Source: Pseudomonadota bacterium
GTDB taxonomy: Bacteria; Desulfobacterota; Desulfobacteria; Desulfobacterales; JBDRRP01
Assembly: GCA_043825735.1 (NCBI GenBank)
Contig: JBDRRP010000103.1
Coordinates: 1-37,776, forward strand
Direction of reading: 5' to 3'
Length of the DNA stretch: 37,776 nucleotides
Part shown: piece by piece, positions 17,541 through 26,692 of the stretch
Layout: the number at the start of each line of letters is the position of its first letter
How positions within the stretch are numbered: position 1 is the stretch's first letter
Notes under the pieces: generated by a model
What the model was told of the DNA's origin: nothing
The model's input: only the letters and a program-made list of their open reading frames with translations
Database searches by the model: none
Position numbers and translations under genes: made by a program

Positions 17541-18307
17541 TGATCCGCTCTCCCGTTGGTGTTCTCGTCGATATGGCGCTCAAGGTGCCCGCGCAGCGCC
17601 GGCGGGTATTTGGCCAGGTCCGGCTGCCAGCTCATACGGCTGGCTCCTGGCGTGTAGGCGAATCCCGGGTCTATGCCCACCGGCACCTGGTGGGTTTCGC
17701 CGGTGCGCTTGTTGGTCCACTCGTAGGTGGCCCCGCCCGGCGCCGGGTCCGGGCCGTTTTTGCCGAGGCGCTCGAGATCCCGATCGCTCAAAGCAAACTT
17801 CTTGCACTTGCAGCCCCAGCCGTTGGCCGGGCTGTGGGTCTGCCACCAGGGATCGTCGGCGCGGATCACCAGACCGTCCCATGCCTGATGCTGGGGCCGC
17901 GGGTGGGCGCTGTCGCCGTGGCGATACTCCCAGTACGGCCGGCGGGCCAGCATGGCCGGATCGCTCATCTGGCGGTGGCGGCCGGCGTTGTATGCCTGGG
18001 TGACGTTGGTCTCGTAGATCACCCGCGTTCTCCAGTTGCGCCCCCCGACGTAGCTCCAGCCGTGGCGCTCCACCGCGGCGTCAAACGCCGCCCGGAACGT
18101 TTCGATGGTGGTGCCATCGGCGATCGCCTGATCGACCGCCGCTCTCAGATCGCTGATCAGATCGGCCTTGGTTGCGCCGGCCACGACAAACGCCTGGTCG
18201 TGCATCTCCTGCCAGATGTCGGTCCACGTCTCGGTGGGCAGCGAGAGCTTTTCCCGTAGGAATTTTATCGCTTCATCGAATGGCAGGCTGAAAATGGGGT
18301 CCGGCAT
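17537..18307 (-). CDS. Mu gpF-like head morphogenesis protein
   Basis: LPFDEAIKFLREK, AFVVAGA, RTRVIYETN, RPQHQAWDG, PANGWGCKC, GIDPGFAYTPG. Confidence 0.92.
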   Translation of the reverse strand: MPDPIFSLPFDEAIKFLREKLSLPTETWTDIWQEMHDQAFVVAGATKADLISDLRAAVDQAIADGTTIETFRAAFDAAVERHGWSYVGGRNWRTRVIYETNVTQAYNAGRHRQMSDPAMLARRPYWEYRHGDSAHPRPQHQAWDGLVIRADDPWWQTHSPANGWGCKCKKFALSDRDLERLGKNGPDPAPGGATYEWTNKRTGETHQVPVGIDPGFAYTPGASRMSWQPDLAKYPPALRGHLERHIDENTNGRADQ

Positions 18308-18419
18308 GGTGTCAATTTCCCCTAAACCGTCTTTAAACTCGCTCAGATTCGTTTAACCCGGTCGCGGCCCTTACACAGGTATGCCCCGGGCTCCGATCGC
18401 CAGGCACAGGGCAAATGGC

Positions 18420-19961
18420 TTAGTTTCCGTTTTCGGCATCATTGCGGCCTGCGAGCTCGCTCGTGGCCATCGCCCGGGCCATCACCAGGCCCAGCTCGTC
18501 GGAGTCGATCGCCGGGTACAGATCGATGATGTGATCGCGGATCTCCTCCAGGCTGCCGGCGCTCATCACCAGCTCGCGGATCCGCGCGATCATCGCTTCG
18601 ACCAGCGGGGCGCTTTCCGTCTCGAGGCGCGCGCTGATCACATCGGCGGCATCGGCTAAAGGCGCCGGCGCCTTGGCCACCACGCGCTTGGCCGTCACCG
18701 GCAGCGGCAGGCCGCCGACCATCTCCTCGCCGTCTTCGGGCTCGGGGATCTTGAATTCCTGCCTCACGAAGGCCGCCGGCATTCTCACGCCCTGCTCGAG
18801 CAGCTTTCCCACCCACTCTGCTTTGGCCTTGAAGTCTTCGTCCTCCTCGAACGTCGACGTGTATCCTGGTACCGGCGTGTCCCAGCCGAAGTTGAACCCG
18901 ACGATCGGGCGGATGAGCTGGTGGCGGATAGTGGCGGCGATCGCCCGGCCGTCGGCTTTCAAAAGATCCAGGCGCACCTCGTTGTGGGTCTTTGACGCGG
19001 CATAGCTTCCGGCATCGCCCACCTCGGCGGTCAGTGTCTGCCCAAGGATGGCCTTGCTGTTCTCCCGGTTGCAGAACTCGCTCATCTCCTTGTACGGGCT
19101 GCCGGCCATGCGTCCCTTGATGGCCTCGATAAACTCGATCTCGGTGTTTTTGCTGATGATGCCGGCGGCGTCAGAGCCCAGGCTGGCGATGGCGGTGATG
19201 AGCGCGCTCTTGTCGGCATCCGATGCGCCCGGCTCGTATTTGCCCAGGCGCAGCGGCATGCCGAACACTTCGAGGAAGATCACCCAGTCCTTGATGGCGT
19301 AGTTTTTGAAGAGATACATCCACGCGCAGGTGCGAAGGATCCCGCTGCGGGTGGGGTGCCCGCTCTTTCCGCCATAGCGGTGGAGCATCATCTTCCAGGG
19401 CGGGATCTCGATGCCCATCGGGACATCGTCGGTCACCAGGCGAGGAACGGCGGACAGGAGGTTTTTCTCGTCGACAAAGAGAAAGCGCTTTTGCTCTACA
19501 AAGTCTAGCGCCTCGGGCAGCGCCTGCCCGCTCGATAGATCCCACTGGATTTCGAGGCCCGCAAAGCCCTTTCCGACGGCGTCCTGCAGGCTGACGATGG
19601 TCTCTTCCCAGTCGGTCATGCCGGAGAAGAACTCGTCGACGAACTCGGCCACCTTAACGTCGCGCGCATCTTCACTGGCCGGCGTGACGGCAAAATCCAT
19701 ATCTAGAATGGCGTTGACCCGCTTGGAGCGCTCGGCCTGGATGTGGCCGTCTTTTTCCTCGATCTGGTCAAAGAGCTCGGCCTGCCGGCGCACATCGCCG
19801 CCGTCGGCCTCCTGGAGCACGGTGGCAAGGCCCCGGGGCGTGAGGCCCGCTGAGACGTAGTCGCGCCATGCGTCGGTGATCGGCGCTGCGGCCAGGGGCC
19901 GGCGGCTCGGGGCCTTTTCTTTTTTAATCTCCCGGCCGAACTGATCATACAAAAGGGGCAT
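18420..19961 (-). CDS. Portal protein (Mu gp29 / DUF935)
   Basis: EEKDGHI, DAVGKGFAGLEIQW, DWVIFLEVFGMPLRLGKY, SKAILGQTLT, HNEVRLDL. Confidence 0.94.
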   Translation of the reverse strand: MPLLYDQFGREIKKEKAPSRRPLAAAPITDAWRDYVSAGLTPRGLATVLQEADGGDVRRQAELFDQIEEKDGHIQAERSKRVNAILDMDFAVTPASEDARDVKVAEFVDEFFSGMTDWEETIVSLQDAVGKGFAGLEIQWDLSSGQALPEALDFVEQKRFLFVDEKNLLSAVPRLVTDDVPMGIEIPPWKMMLHRYGGKSGHPTRSGILRTCAWMYLFKNYAIKDWVIFLEVFGMPLRLGKYEPGASDADKSALITAIASLGSDAAGIISKNTEIEFIEAIKGRMAGSPYKEMSEFCNRENSKAILGQTLTAEVGDAGSYAASKTHNEVRLDLLKADGRAIAATIRHQLIRPIVGFNFGWDTPVPGYTSTFEEDEDFKAKAEWVGKLLEQGVRMPAAFVRQEFKIPEPEDGEEMVGGLPLPVTAKRVVAKAPAPLADAADVISARLETESAPLVEAMIARIRELVMSAGSLEEIRDHIIDLYPAIDSDELGLVMARAMATSELAGRNDAENGN

Positions 19962-21421
19962 TACCAGGCTCCTTTCCCCTGAGCGAATCGGCGCTTGCCG
20001 AGTGATTGGTATTCAGCAGGACCGGAAAAATCCTGCCGGCTGCGGTAATCCGCCAGCAGCCCTGCGATCGCACTATCGCCGTGGCGCTCGCCGGCTTTGT
20101 CGGTCTTGCCCTGTGGCACCCGCGGAACACCGCGCACCAGTTTGACGGCCCGGTGATCTTCGAGCACGTCGTCATGACGGATGATGGTGTTCATCCGGTC
20201 CTCGAACCCGGCCTTGTATTTCGGAAATTCGTCCCGGTACCACTGCTCTGTGAAATTGATCTTATCCACCAGCGACAGGCCCCAGGCGTCGGTCGCTTCC
20301 TCGGCCACGAATCCGCCGTTGCCGCCGGCGTCGATGGCGCACCCGCCGAATCGGGGCAGCCCGCCGCCGACGGCCAGCATCACCTGGGCCTGCTGCCGGT
20401 AGGGCACATTGTGGAGCTCCACCAGAAACGGCCAGCGCTTTCGAAGGGTCACGCCAATCTCCAGCGGCACGATGTCGGTCATGTCTCCGGAGCGGGCGAA
20501 GTCCATCCCGAACACATGCCGCCGCTGCCGATCCAGCTTGATGAGTTCCGGCTGAAGCACTTCGGCAATCCAGTCGGCAATCTCTGCACGGCGCTGCGGC
20601 TCCGGCGCCAGGTTGAAGGCACGGCTACCGTTGAACCTGAGCAGCGGGCCGTCGGCCATGCATGCTTCCACCAGCGCGCGCGGCAGATAGGCGCCGCCAC
20701 CGAAGGCCGGGATGCAGAGCAGCTCCTCATCCTCGTTGGGCCGGTACCGACTCACGAGCTGCTGACGCCATCGCTGCTGGGCCTCAATGCTCCACGGCTG
20801 CCCGGTGACTTCGCAGATCCGCCGGTAAAGCCCGCCGTCAAGGGCATCGTCCAGGGTGACCCGGTGCACGGAATAGTCGTTGCGGCCGGCCCGGGCATCC
20901 TGAATCAACCCGTTGAATGGGTTCTCGTCGCCGTTGTGGGTGCTGATGATGTGCACCGTGCCGCCCCACATGGTCATCGCCAGCGCTGCCTTGAGCACTT
21001 CTTCCAGGTCATCGACGAAGGCGGCCTCATCAAGCACCAGGCGCTCTCGCGGGCGCCCCTTGCTGCGCAGGTTCCGGGGGTTGCTTGAAAACGTCTTGAT
21101 GAAGTTGCCGCTGCCAAAGGGGATGTCGTAGACATGCACGTCGCGGCCGTCGTCCCGGGTGAGGATCTGCTCGCCGATTTCGCCGGCAGCCGCGTGAAAG
21201 GCCCTGGCCCAGGTTGCGCAGTCCTGGATGAAGCCGGCGGTCATCTCCTTGTCGTAGGAGATGTAATAGACGTTCGCCCCCCGGTCAGCGTCGGCCGCGT
21301 GCAGCACCGAGTCGGCCGCCTCGGCATAGGACAAACCGATCCGCCGGCTTTTCTCGATGATCTTCACCGGCGTTTTATCTTCGATCCACCGGCGCTGATA
21401 TGGCAGCAGCACTGCGCTCAT
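19961..21421 (-). CDS. Terminase large subunit (Mu gp28-like)
   Basis: LLPYQRRW, EKSRRIGLS, LVLDEAAF, ISTHNG, FGMDFARSGD, HGDSAIA. Confidence 0.95.
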   Translation of the reverse strand: MSAVLLPYQRRWIEDKTPVKIIEKSRRIGLSYAEAADSVLHAADADRGANVYYISYDKEMTAGFIQDCATWARAFHAAAGEIGEQILTRDDGRDVHVYDIPFGSGNFIKTFSSNPRNLRSKGRPRERLVLDEAAFVDDLEEVLKAALAMTMWGGTVHIISTHNGDENPFNGLIQDARAGRNDYSVHRVTLDDALDGGLYRRICEVTGQPWSIEAQQRWRQQLVSRYRPNEDEELLCIPAFGGGAYLPRALVEACMADGPLLRFNGSRAFNLAPEPQRRAEIADWIAEVLQPELIKLDRQRRHVFGMDFARSGDMTDIVPLEIGVTLRKRWPFLVELHNVPYRQQAQVMLAVGGGLPRFGGCAIDAGGNGGFVAEEATDAWGLSLVDKINFTEQWYRDEFPKYKAGFEDRMNTIIRHDDVLEDHRAVKLVRGVPRVPQGKTDKAGERHGDSAIAGLLADYRSRQDFSGPAEYQSLGKRRFAQGKGAW

Positions 21422-21981
21422 GAGCTGAGTTCCTGCATGATGGCGGCGCGCAGCGCGTCTATCGTGGCGGCGCCGGCGCCGATCCGCTTGCCCTCTGTTT
21501 CAACCGCCTGGGCGGCCTTCTCCTTCGCCTTCTTTCTGATCTGCTCTTCCACCTTGGCGTTCTTTTCGGCCGCCATTTCCAGGCGGTGCACGGCGATAGC
21601 AAGAGCCTTCAGGTCCTTGGGGTCGATGTCGTCATCACCCTCGCTGGCGCGCATGGCCACGCGAAATGCCAGGGTGCGCACCATCTCGTTGAGCAGCTTG
21701 CCCACCTCGCCGGCCGGCTCGCTGCCGAGCTGGCCGATCCACATCTTTGCGACCTCCCGGCTTTCCCTGAGCTTGGCGCCGACTTCCTCCATGCGCACCG
21801 CATAGCGGTTGACCGAACTCTTGGTGACCCGGTCCGGGTGTCCCTCGGCCTCCAGGACGGCGTTGATCCGGGCTGTGGCGTCCAGCTGGGTAACGCGCGG
21901 ATCGCGCAGCAGCTCCTGGAGCTTTTCCCGGATGTCCTCAGGGAGCATATCGATCGTCGAGGGCTGCCGTCGTTTGACCAT
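21418..21981 (-). CDS. Mu gp27-like (DUF3486) putative small terminase
   Basis: STIDMLPEDIRE, VTKSSVNRYA; directly upstream of large terminase. Confidence 0.85.
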   Translation of the reverse strand: MVKRRQPSTIDMLPEDIREKLQELLRDPRVTQLDATARINAVLEAEGHPDRVTKSSVNRYAVRMEEVGAKLRESREVAKMWIGQLGSEPAGEVGKLLNEMVRTLAFRVAMRASEGDDDIDPKDLKALAIAVHRLEMAAEKNAKVEEQIRKKAKEKAAQAVETEGKRIGAGAATIDALRAAIMQELSS

Positions 21982-22277
21982 CAGTGACACCTCGGCCGCT
22001 TGACGCCGTCCACATGGGAGGCGCCGCTGGCAACGTCCGCCCCCCGGCCGGTGAGCTTTCCAACCAGCACGTTCATAACTTCGGAGACCGCGACCAGGCC
22101 CTGCTCCTCGAGCCAGCGCAGCTCGGTGCGGACCCGGTCGCGGCTGATGGTATGCCCGAACATGGCCAGCACCTCCTGGAGCACGGACTCATTGAGCGAG
22201 TAGCCCGGATCCTCGGCCAGCGTTCTAAGCATGACCAGGCGGATGTCCGCAGTGACCAGATCCGCGTATCCCCTCAT
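21981..22277 (-). CDS. Mu gp26-like winged-helix protein
   Basis: RLVMLRTL...YSLNESVL...SRDRVRTELRWLEEQGLV...LTGRGADVASG...GVKRP; ATGA overlap. Confidence 0.85.
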   Translation of the reverse strand: MRGYADLVTADIRLVMLRTLAEDPGYSLNESVLQEVLAMFGHTISRDRVRTELRWLEEQGLVAVSEVMNVLVGKLTGRGADVASGASHVDGVKRPRCH

Positions 22278-22675
22278 CGCTTGCCCCCTTGGTTGATCAA
22301 AAATTCGTTCATCAAATCCGCCACCCTGTTGATGCCCTCCAGCCGGCCGTCCAGGCGACCCAGGCCCCGGGTCATCTGGTCCATCTTGGCGGACAGGTCC
22401 GAGAGCTCCTGGCGTGAGGGCATACTGAGCAGCGCGCTCTCGACCCGGGTGGTACGGTCCTTGTGCCGGCCGCATTTAGCGTCCTGATCCCGGAACGCCT
22501 GGGCCATCGCTGATATTGTCGCCATTTTCTTGACCTCGTCTTCGAGCCCTTTGAACCGCGTGGCGTTGACCTTTTCCCGGTTCGACCACCAGACATAGGC
22601 GTACATGAGCGCGGTGAAGCACATCTGCGCGATGTTGACCCAAAACCACCAGGCCGAATAGGTTGTTTGCGTCAT
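22274..22675 (-). CDS. Mu gp25-like (DUF2730) membrane-anchored coiled-coil protein
   Basis: N-terminal hydrophobic helix, MPSRQELSDL, coiled coil; TAATG coupling. Confidence 0.78.
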   Translation of the reverse strand: MTQTTYSAWWFWVNIAQMCFTALMYAYVWWSNREKVNATRFKGLEDEVKKMATISAMAQAFRDQDAKCGRHKDRTTRVESALLSMPSRQELSDLSAKMDQMTRGLGRLDGRLEGINRVADLMNEFLINQGGKR

Positions 22676-22893
22676 TACCAGCCCCGCTCTTCGATGGTTT
22701 GGCAGACGACACAAAGCTGGCACCCGGGCACGGCGATCTGCCGCTCCACCGGGATCGTGTCGCCGCAGTTGGCGCACTCGGTTGCCGAAGGCCGGCGGCA
22801 CTGCGCGGCGTAGCGCTCGCGGGCGCCCTTCAGGAGAATCCCGGTGTGGAATTCGTCCGATTGCTGAGAAAGATCGCCTTCGTCCGCCATCAC
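22675..22893 (-). CDS. TraR/DksA C4-type zinc finger protein
   Basis: CANCGDTIPVERQIAVPGCQLCVVCQ; N-terminal MADEGD. Confidence 0.9.
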   Translation of the reverse strand: MMADEGDLSQQSDEFHTGILLKGARERYAAQCRRPSATECANCGDTIPVERQIAVPGCQLCVVCQTIEERGW

Positions 22894-23420
22894 CGCCTCA
22901 ACGCCTGGATTGCGCCGGCAATCAAACCTGGTTTGATGTCTCCGGCCTTAACCGTTTTCTCTTTGCCTCTGTACCAAGTCGTCACGCCCAAAATCGCGCC
23001 CCAGCCGATCCAGATCCACTCGGGCACGCTCGGGACGGTCTTGCCGCATAGCGGCAAGACGAAATAAATCAGCACCACTGAGGTGCCGTATAAAAACCCG
23101 TTATATGGCCGCCATGAATACTGCGGCCAGTGCTCGCTTTTTGATTCTGAGCGCATGGTCTCGTTGACGGTGCCGAGATCTGCGGAGTCCAGCTCGCGCA
23201 GACGGACCTCCCTATCCGCGGCGATCCGCTGAAGTTCGACCATCTTGGCCGGGTCGGCCTGGATCTTTGCGGCGACTTCTTCGATGGGTGTTTCTTCCGG
23301 GTCTCCGGTGACGTTTCTCATCAACCGATGCACCAGCATCCCGGACCCTGGCAGCACTATATTGGCGACGGTTGGGGCAACAGCCGCGACGCCTTCGATG
23401 ATTGAATCCAGAACGCTCAT
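22890..23420 (-). CDS. Holin (GTA 3TM holin-like)
   Basis: SEHWPQYSWRPYNGF followed by two hydrophobic helices; located in the lysis cassette. Confidence 0.78.
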   Translation of the reverse strand: MSVLDSIIEGVAAVAPTVANIVLPGSGMLVHRLMRNVTGDPEETPIEEVAAKIQADPAKMVELQRIAADREVRLRELDSADLGTVNETMRSESKSEHWPQYSWRPYNGFLYGTSVVLIYFVLPLCGKTVPSVPEWIWIGWGAILGVTTWYRGKEKTVKAGDIKPGLIAGAIQALRR

Positions 23421-23590
23421 GACTCACCCCACAGTTTCTCCGGCCGGCGCTGAAAATAACGCCAGGTGCATGGCGGCCGGTGGACGTTATGCCTCCCGCA
23501 CCGGAATGCGCCTGGGCGGTGCAGCGCTTTGCACCCGAGGCAGAAGCCGGCCAGCAGCATGCCGCGCCTTATGGTTGGGGCCGGCGTCAT
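23417..23590 (-). CDS. 57-aa cationic Cys-containing peptide (not in ORF track)
   Basis: ATG immediately after the upstream TGA and ATGA overlap with the holin; MTPAPTIRRGMLLAGFCLGCKALHRPGAFRCGRHNVHRPPCTWRYFQRRPEKLWGES. Confidence 0.55.
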   Translation of the reverse strand: MTPAPTIRRGMLLAGFCLGCKALHRPGAFRCGRHNVHRPPCTWRYFQRRPEKLWGES

Positions 23591-23995
23591 TCAGAGTGCC
23601 TCGTGGATGGTCAGGTGGAAGTCTTTGTAACCCAGGTCGGTGAGCAGCGACTTATGGGTATCGCCGCTGTTCAGTACTGCCGGATCCCCGGTGCGCAGTT
23701 TGCCGTAGTGCTGCGCGACGATGACGCACCCGGCCGTGTCGTGGACACTGTTGCCCGGGTGAATCAGCACGTTGGTGCGCCCGGGCACGTTTGCGATCTC
23801 GAACGTGTCGCCGAAACGTGGCGACTGGCATCGCTTGCAGATGTACTGCCCGGGCGGGATGTTGCTTTTGCCGACGGCGTTGAATACGTCCGGCGGTTCG
23901 AGCGTTACGCAGTAGGCGGCTTTGTCGATCCGGAGAACGCCAAACGTGCCGTAGATGGGATGCTCTTCAACCCGGATGATCTCGACGATTCTCAT
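23591..23995 (-). CDS. DUF5675-family protein, putative endolysin
   Basis: TFGVL, CVTLEP, IPPGQY, NVPGRTNVLIHPGN...TAGCVIV; first gene of late lysis cassette. Confidence 0.78.
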   Translation of the reverse strand: MRIVEIIRVEEHPIYGTFGVLRIDKAAYCVTLEPPDVFNAVGKSNIPPGQYICKRCQSPRFGDTFEIANVPGRTNVLIHPGNSVHDTAGCVIVAQHYGKLRTGDPAVLNSGDTHKSLLTDLGYKDFHLTIHEAL

Positions 23996-24252
23996 GGATG
24001 CTCTCCTATGCTCTTCAAGGCCGGGCGCGCTGATCGCGGCCGGCCTGTTTTCGGTGTCGGGGGCCGCCCGCGGCGGCCCCCCTCAGCAGAGGTGCAGAAG
24101 ATCCCCTTCCGTCATGGGGGAGAGAATTGGATATGGGATACAGCCGAGGAGAGCCCTGCGTCCAAAAAAGGGCTTGAGAAAATTACTTTAATTATCGGGG
24201 CGGGGTGCCGGCCCCGCGACCGGGGCCGGCGTTGTGGGGAGGGAGGAGGAGG
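23996..24252 (-). promoter_or_regulatory. Probable Mor/C-activated late promoter region with several GC hairpins
   Basis: Non-coding gap between mor and lysis genes; AT-rich TAATTAAAGTAATTTTC element and hairpins near 24206-24230, 24059-24083 and 24019-24045. Confidence 0.5.
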
Positions 24253-24564
24253 CTAAAACCCCGGCAGCAGCATGCGCCGGGAATCGGTGTCCGGATCCGC
24301 GCCGGCGGCGCCGACGCTCTGCCGGATCATGACCACGGTGAGATTGTACTTTCTGGCCAGCTCGCGGTGATTGGCGCCGCTGAATTCATCGCGGATGGCG
24401 CGGTTTCGGGCCAGCCTGGCCACTTTGTCTAATTTCGGGACATACAGCGCCTCGCCGCCGCGGGCCTCGACCAGGCGCAGCGCCGGATCCAGGCCGATCG
24501 CCTCGGCGACTTCCCGGAAGTCCGGCGGCAGATCCTCTATGCGGATGTCATCGCTATCGACCAA
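24253..24564 (-). CDS. Mor/C family transcription activator
   Basis: EDLP...VAEAIG...RLVEARGGEALYVPK...RNRAIRDEFSGANHRELARKYNLT. Confidence 0.9.
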   Translation of the reverse strand: MVDSDDIRIEDLPPDFREVAEAIGLDPALRLVEARGGEALYVPKLDKVARLARNRAIRDEFSGANHRELARKYNLTVVMIRQSVGAAGADPDTDSRRMLLPGF

Positions 24565-25072
24565 GTCTTTCCTTTCGCACCTGGCGCATCCAGTCCGGAT
24601 CGATGGGCTCTGCGCCGTCGGTGGTGGCCTCGCGCTGCGCCTGCAGGGTTCCGGTGCGCTCGGCCTTGTTGTGATATACCTCGGAGCGCCGGTCCGCCTC
24701 GTCAGCCAACTGATAGGCGATGGCCTTGAGGTATCCGTGGCTGGTGAGCGGCAGATCCTTCGGCGGCTGCTGGGTCACCTTTTCCATCGCCCCGGCCCAG
24801 TGCCGCGGATCGTTGGGCCTGGACACCTGGCGCTTCCACTGGATATGCGCTGCGCTGACCTCATCCTTCAGGCTCGTCAGCAGCCGCAGCGCTTTATCCC
24901 ACCCGAGCCCACGGCCGCCGAGCGGGCGGAACATGGCCATGTAGGCGATGGACCGGCGGCTCACTTCCTGCGGCAGCTCGGCCACCAGGCGCAGGCACTG
25001 CCGTGCCTTGGCATCGTTTTCCCAGGCGTCGATGCTGTGGATCGCGCCGCAGCTGGGGCAGGTGAGTTTCAT
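24554..25072 (-). CDS. Conserved Mu-like early hypothetical protein with N-terminal CxxC
   Basis: MKLTCPSCGA, YMAMFRP, LPLTSHGYLKAI; coupled to neighbours. Confidence 0.75.
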   Translation of the reverse strand: MKLTCPSCGAIHSIDAWENDAKARQCLRLVAELPQEVSRRSIAYMAMFRPLGGRGLGWDKALRLLTSLKDEVSAAHIQWKRQVSRPNDPRHWAGAMEKVTQQPPKDLPLTSHGYLKAIAYQLADEADRRSEVYHNKAERTGTLQAQREATTDGAEPIDPDWMRQVRKERLGR

Positions 25073-25332
25073 GCGTCCCTCAGTGATTCGAACTCGGCGA
25101 TCATGCAGCGGGCGGCAGCCGGATCGATGCCCTCGGCCTCGGCGGCGTATTTGAGAAAATGGTGAATGTCTTCGGCCGAGAAATTGAAAGCGGTGGCGGC
25201 GAGCTCGATCAACCGCCGGTGGCTGTCGATAACCCGCAGCGTGCTGCGGCGGCCCAAGGCCACGTCGCCGAAACGACCGGCCTCCTGCCGCAGCCGGGCC
25301 AGTTCTTTCATGGTCATGATTTTTGCAGCCAT
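25069..25332 (-). CDS. Hypothetical protein
   Basis: AGGAG RBS before MAAKIMT; ATGA overlap downstream. Confidence 0.6.
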   Translation of the reverse strand: MAAKIMTMKELARLRQEAGRFGDVALGRRSTLRVIDSHRRLIELAATAFNFSAEDIHHFLKYAAEAEGIDPAAARCMIAEFESLRDA

Positions 25333-25388
25333 CTGAATTTCTCCTGCTGTCTGCTTAATTGCATATTTCCTGGTTAGTGCCTTTCGGC

Positions 25389-25829
25389 TCATGCCGCAGG
25401 GCATGACTCGCACCCACCGCCGCAACAACTCAATCCGACGCACCTTGGTTTTTCAGCAGGTGCGGCATCCCAGCCTTCGCCGTGGTTGAATGTTTCCTCA
25501 TCACCCGGTTCGCTTCCTTCGATCGCGTACTCTTGCAGGTTGGATGGAATATCTGACGATTCATTGGGCATTTCATCGGCATCCAAAACCCCCAAAAGCG
25601 CGATGCTTAATGCTGCGTTTTGGAGCAGTCGCTTCCTCAATTCAACGATTGCATGGGGGTTTTCCGGATTGATGTCGTCCAGTTTTTTCGCCCGCTTCCT
25701 GAACATCCGCCGCCACCCCTCCAGGCCCCATTCTCCATTGGCCTCGCCCCATAGAAATGTCTGCACCTGCCGGGCCGCTACGATTGAATCGTAGAGATAT
25801 TTTTCCTCTTTCGATAATTGGTCATACAT
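25389..25829 (-). CDS. Hypothetical protein with possible degenerate MazG-like helical fold
   Basis: AT-richer gene; ARQVQTFLWGEANGEW...W...LRKRLLQNAALSIALLGVLD. Confidence 0.6.
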   Translation of the reverse strand: MYDQLSKEEKYLYDSIVAARQVQTFLWGEANGEWGLEGWRRMFRKRAKKLDDINPENPHAIVELRKRLLQNAALSIALLGVLDADEMPNESSDIPSNLQEYAIEGSEPGDEETFNHGEGWDAAPAEKPRCVGLSCCGGGCESCPAA

Positions 25830-25845
25830 AACGAAGTCCCCGTAT

Positions 25846-26031
25846 TTACCGATCTAAAATTATCCGGTCGATCATCTCCAGCACCGCCTGCCGCGACCAG
25901 GGCGCCGTTTTCTTTTTCTCCGGCACCCTGCCGGCCTCGACTGCCTCGTCGTGCTGGCGGCGCTCGTAGCCGCGAGAATATGCGGCGTGAACCATGTCCT
26001 CTAAAAGCGATCGCTGCTGCGGTGTGATCAT
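25846..26031 (-). CDS. Hypothetical protein
   Basis: GGAGGT RBS, ATGA overlap with upstream gene. Confidence 0.6.
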   Translation of the reverse strand: MITPQQRSLLEDMVHAAYSRGYERRQHDEAVEAGRVPEKKKTAPWSRQAVLEMIDRIILDR

Positions 26032-26261
26032 GCGGCCACCTCCACGACGTGAAAGATCTGGTGCGGGATCAGGTACTGCTCGCACTGGGCTACCGACTCC
26101 AGCAGCGCAAAGACCTGATCCGGGTACGCCTGCTGCAGCCGCAGCATCTCGTCTGTGGCATCGTCTTTATCGTCGTAAATGACTCGCGGCGCCCTATACA
26201 CGGGCAGGGGCTCCGGAGTGAACAGCCATAAACTGTAGTTGAATACCATCCAAAATTTCAT
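26028..26261 (-). CDS. Hypothetical protein
   Basis: GGAGG RBS, ATGA overlap; APRVIYDDKDDATDEMLRLQQAYPDQVFALLES is a common small phage protein pattern. Confidence 0.62.
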   Translation of the reverse strand: MKFWMVFNYSLWLFTPEPLPVYRAPRVIYDDKDDATDEMLRLQQAYPDQVFALLESVAQCEQYLIPHQIFHVVEVAA

Positions 26262-26692
26262 GCGGTGCGCCTCCCGGCCCGGCGGGCCTCGTACACCATC
26301 GCTGACACCACCCGGTGTAGATCTTCCGTGGGCAGCCACTCGACGCGCTCTGTCCTGAACATCTGTTTCGCGATACCGTGGGCATAGTCCCAGGGGCGTT
26401 TCGCCTCGGCGAGCAGGGCCTCGATCTTTCTGAGCATCGGCCCGCGCTCGAAGTCGTCCATGTTCTTGGGCCGACCGGGATACGCTGCCCCCGTTTTTCG
26501 GCCTGCCTTGCCCTTGAAACCGGACATCGCCAGGTGCTGGAGCACCCGGCGCATACCGGCATCATCCAGTGCGGCAGCGCTGTCGACACCGGCCACGGCC
26601 AGGAGCATGTCCCGGTAGGTGGCCTCATCCATGCCGATCTGTTTTTTTGCGATATGGATCTTCGCCAGGTCTCGCTGCCGCTGCGTTTTCAC
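26258..26692 (-). CDS. gemA: Mu GemA / gp16 family (DUF1018) regulator
   Basis: LAKIHIAKKQIGMDEATYRDML...SAAAL, KIEALL, WDYAHGIAKQMF; GTGA overlap start. Confidence 0.88.
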   Translation of the reverse strand: MKTQRQRDLAKIHIAKKQIGMDEATYRDMLLAVAGVDSAAALDDAGMRRVLQHLAMSGFKGKAGRKTGAAYPGRPKNMDDFERGPMLRKIEALLAEAKRPWDYAHGIAKQMFRTERVEWLPTEDLHRVVSAMVYEARRAGRRTA

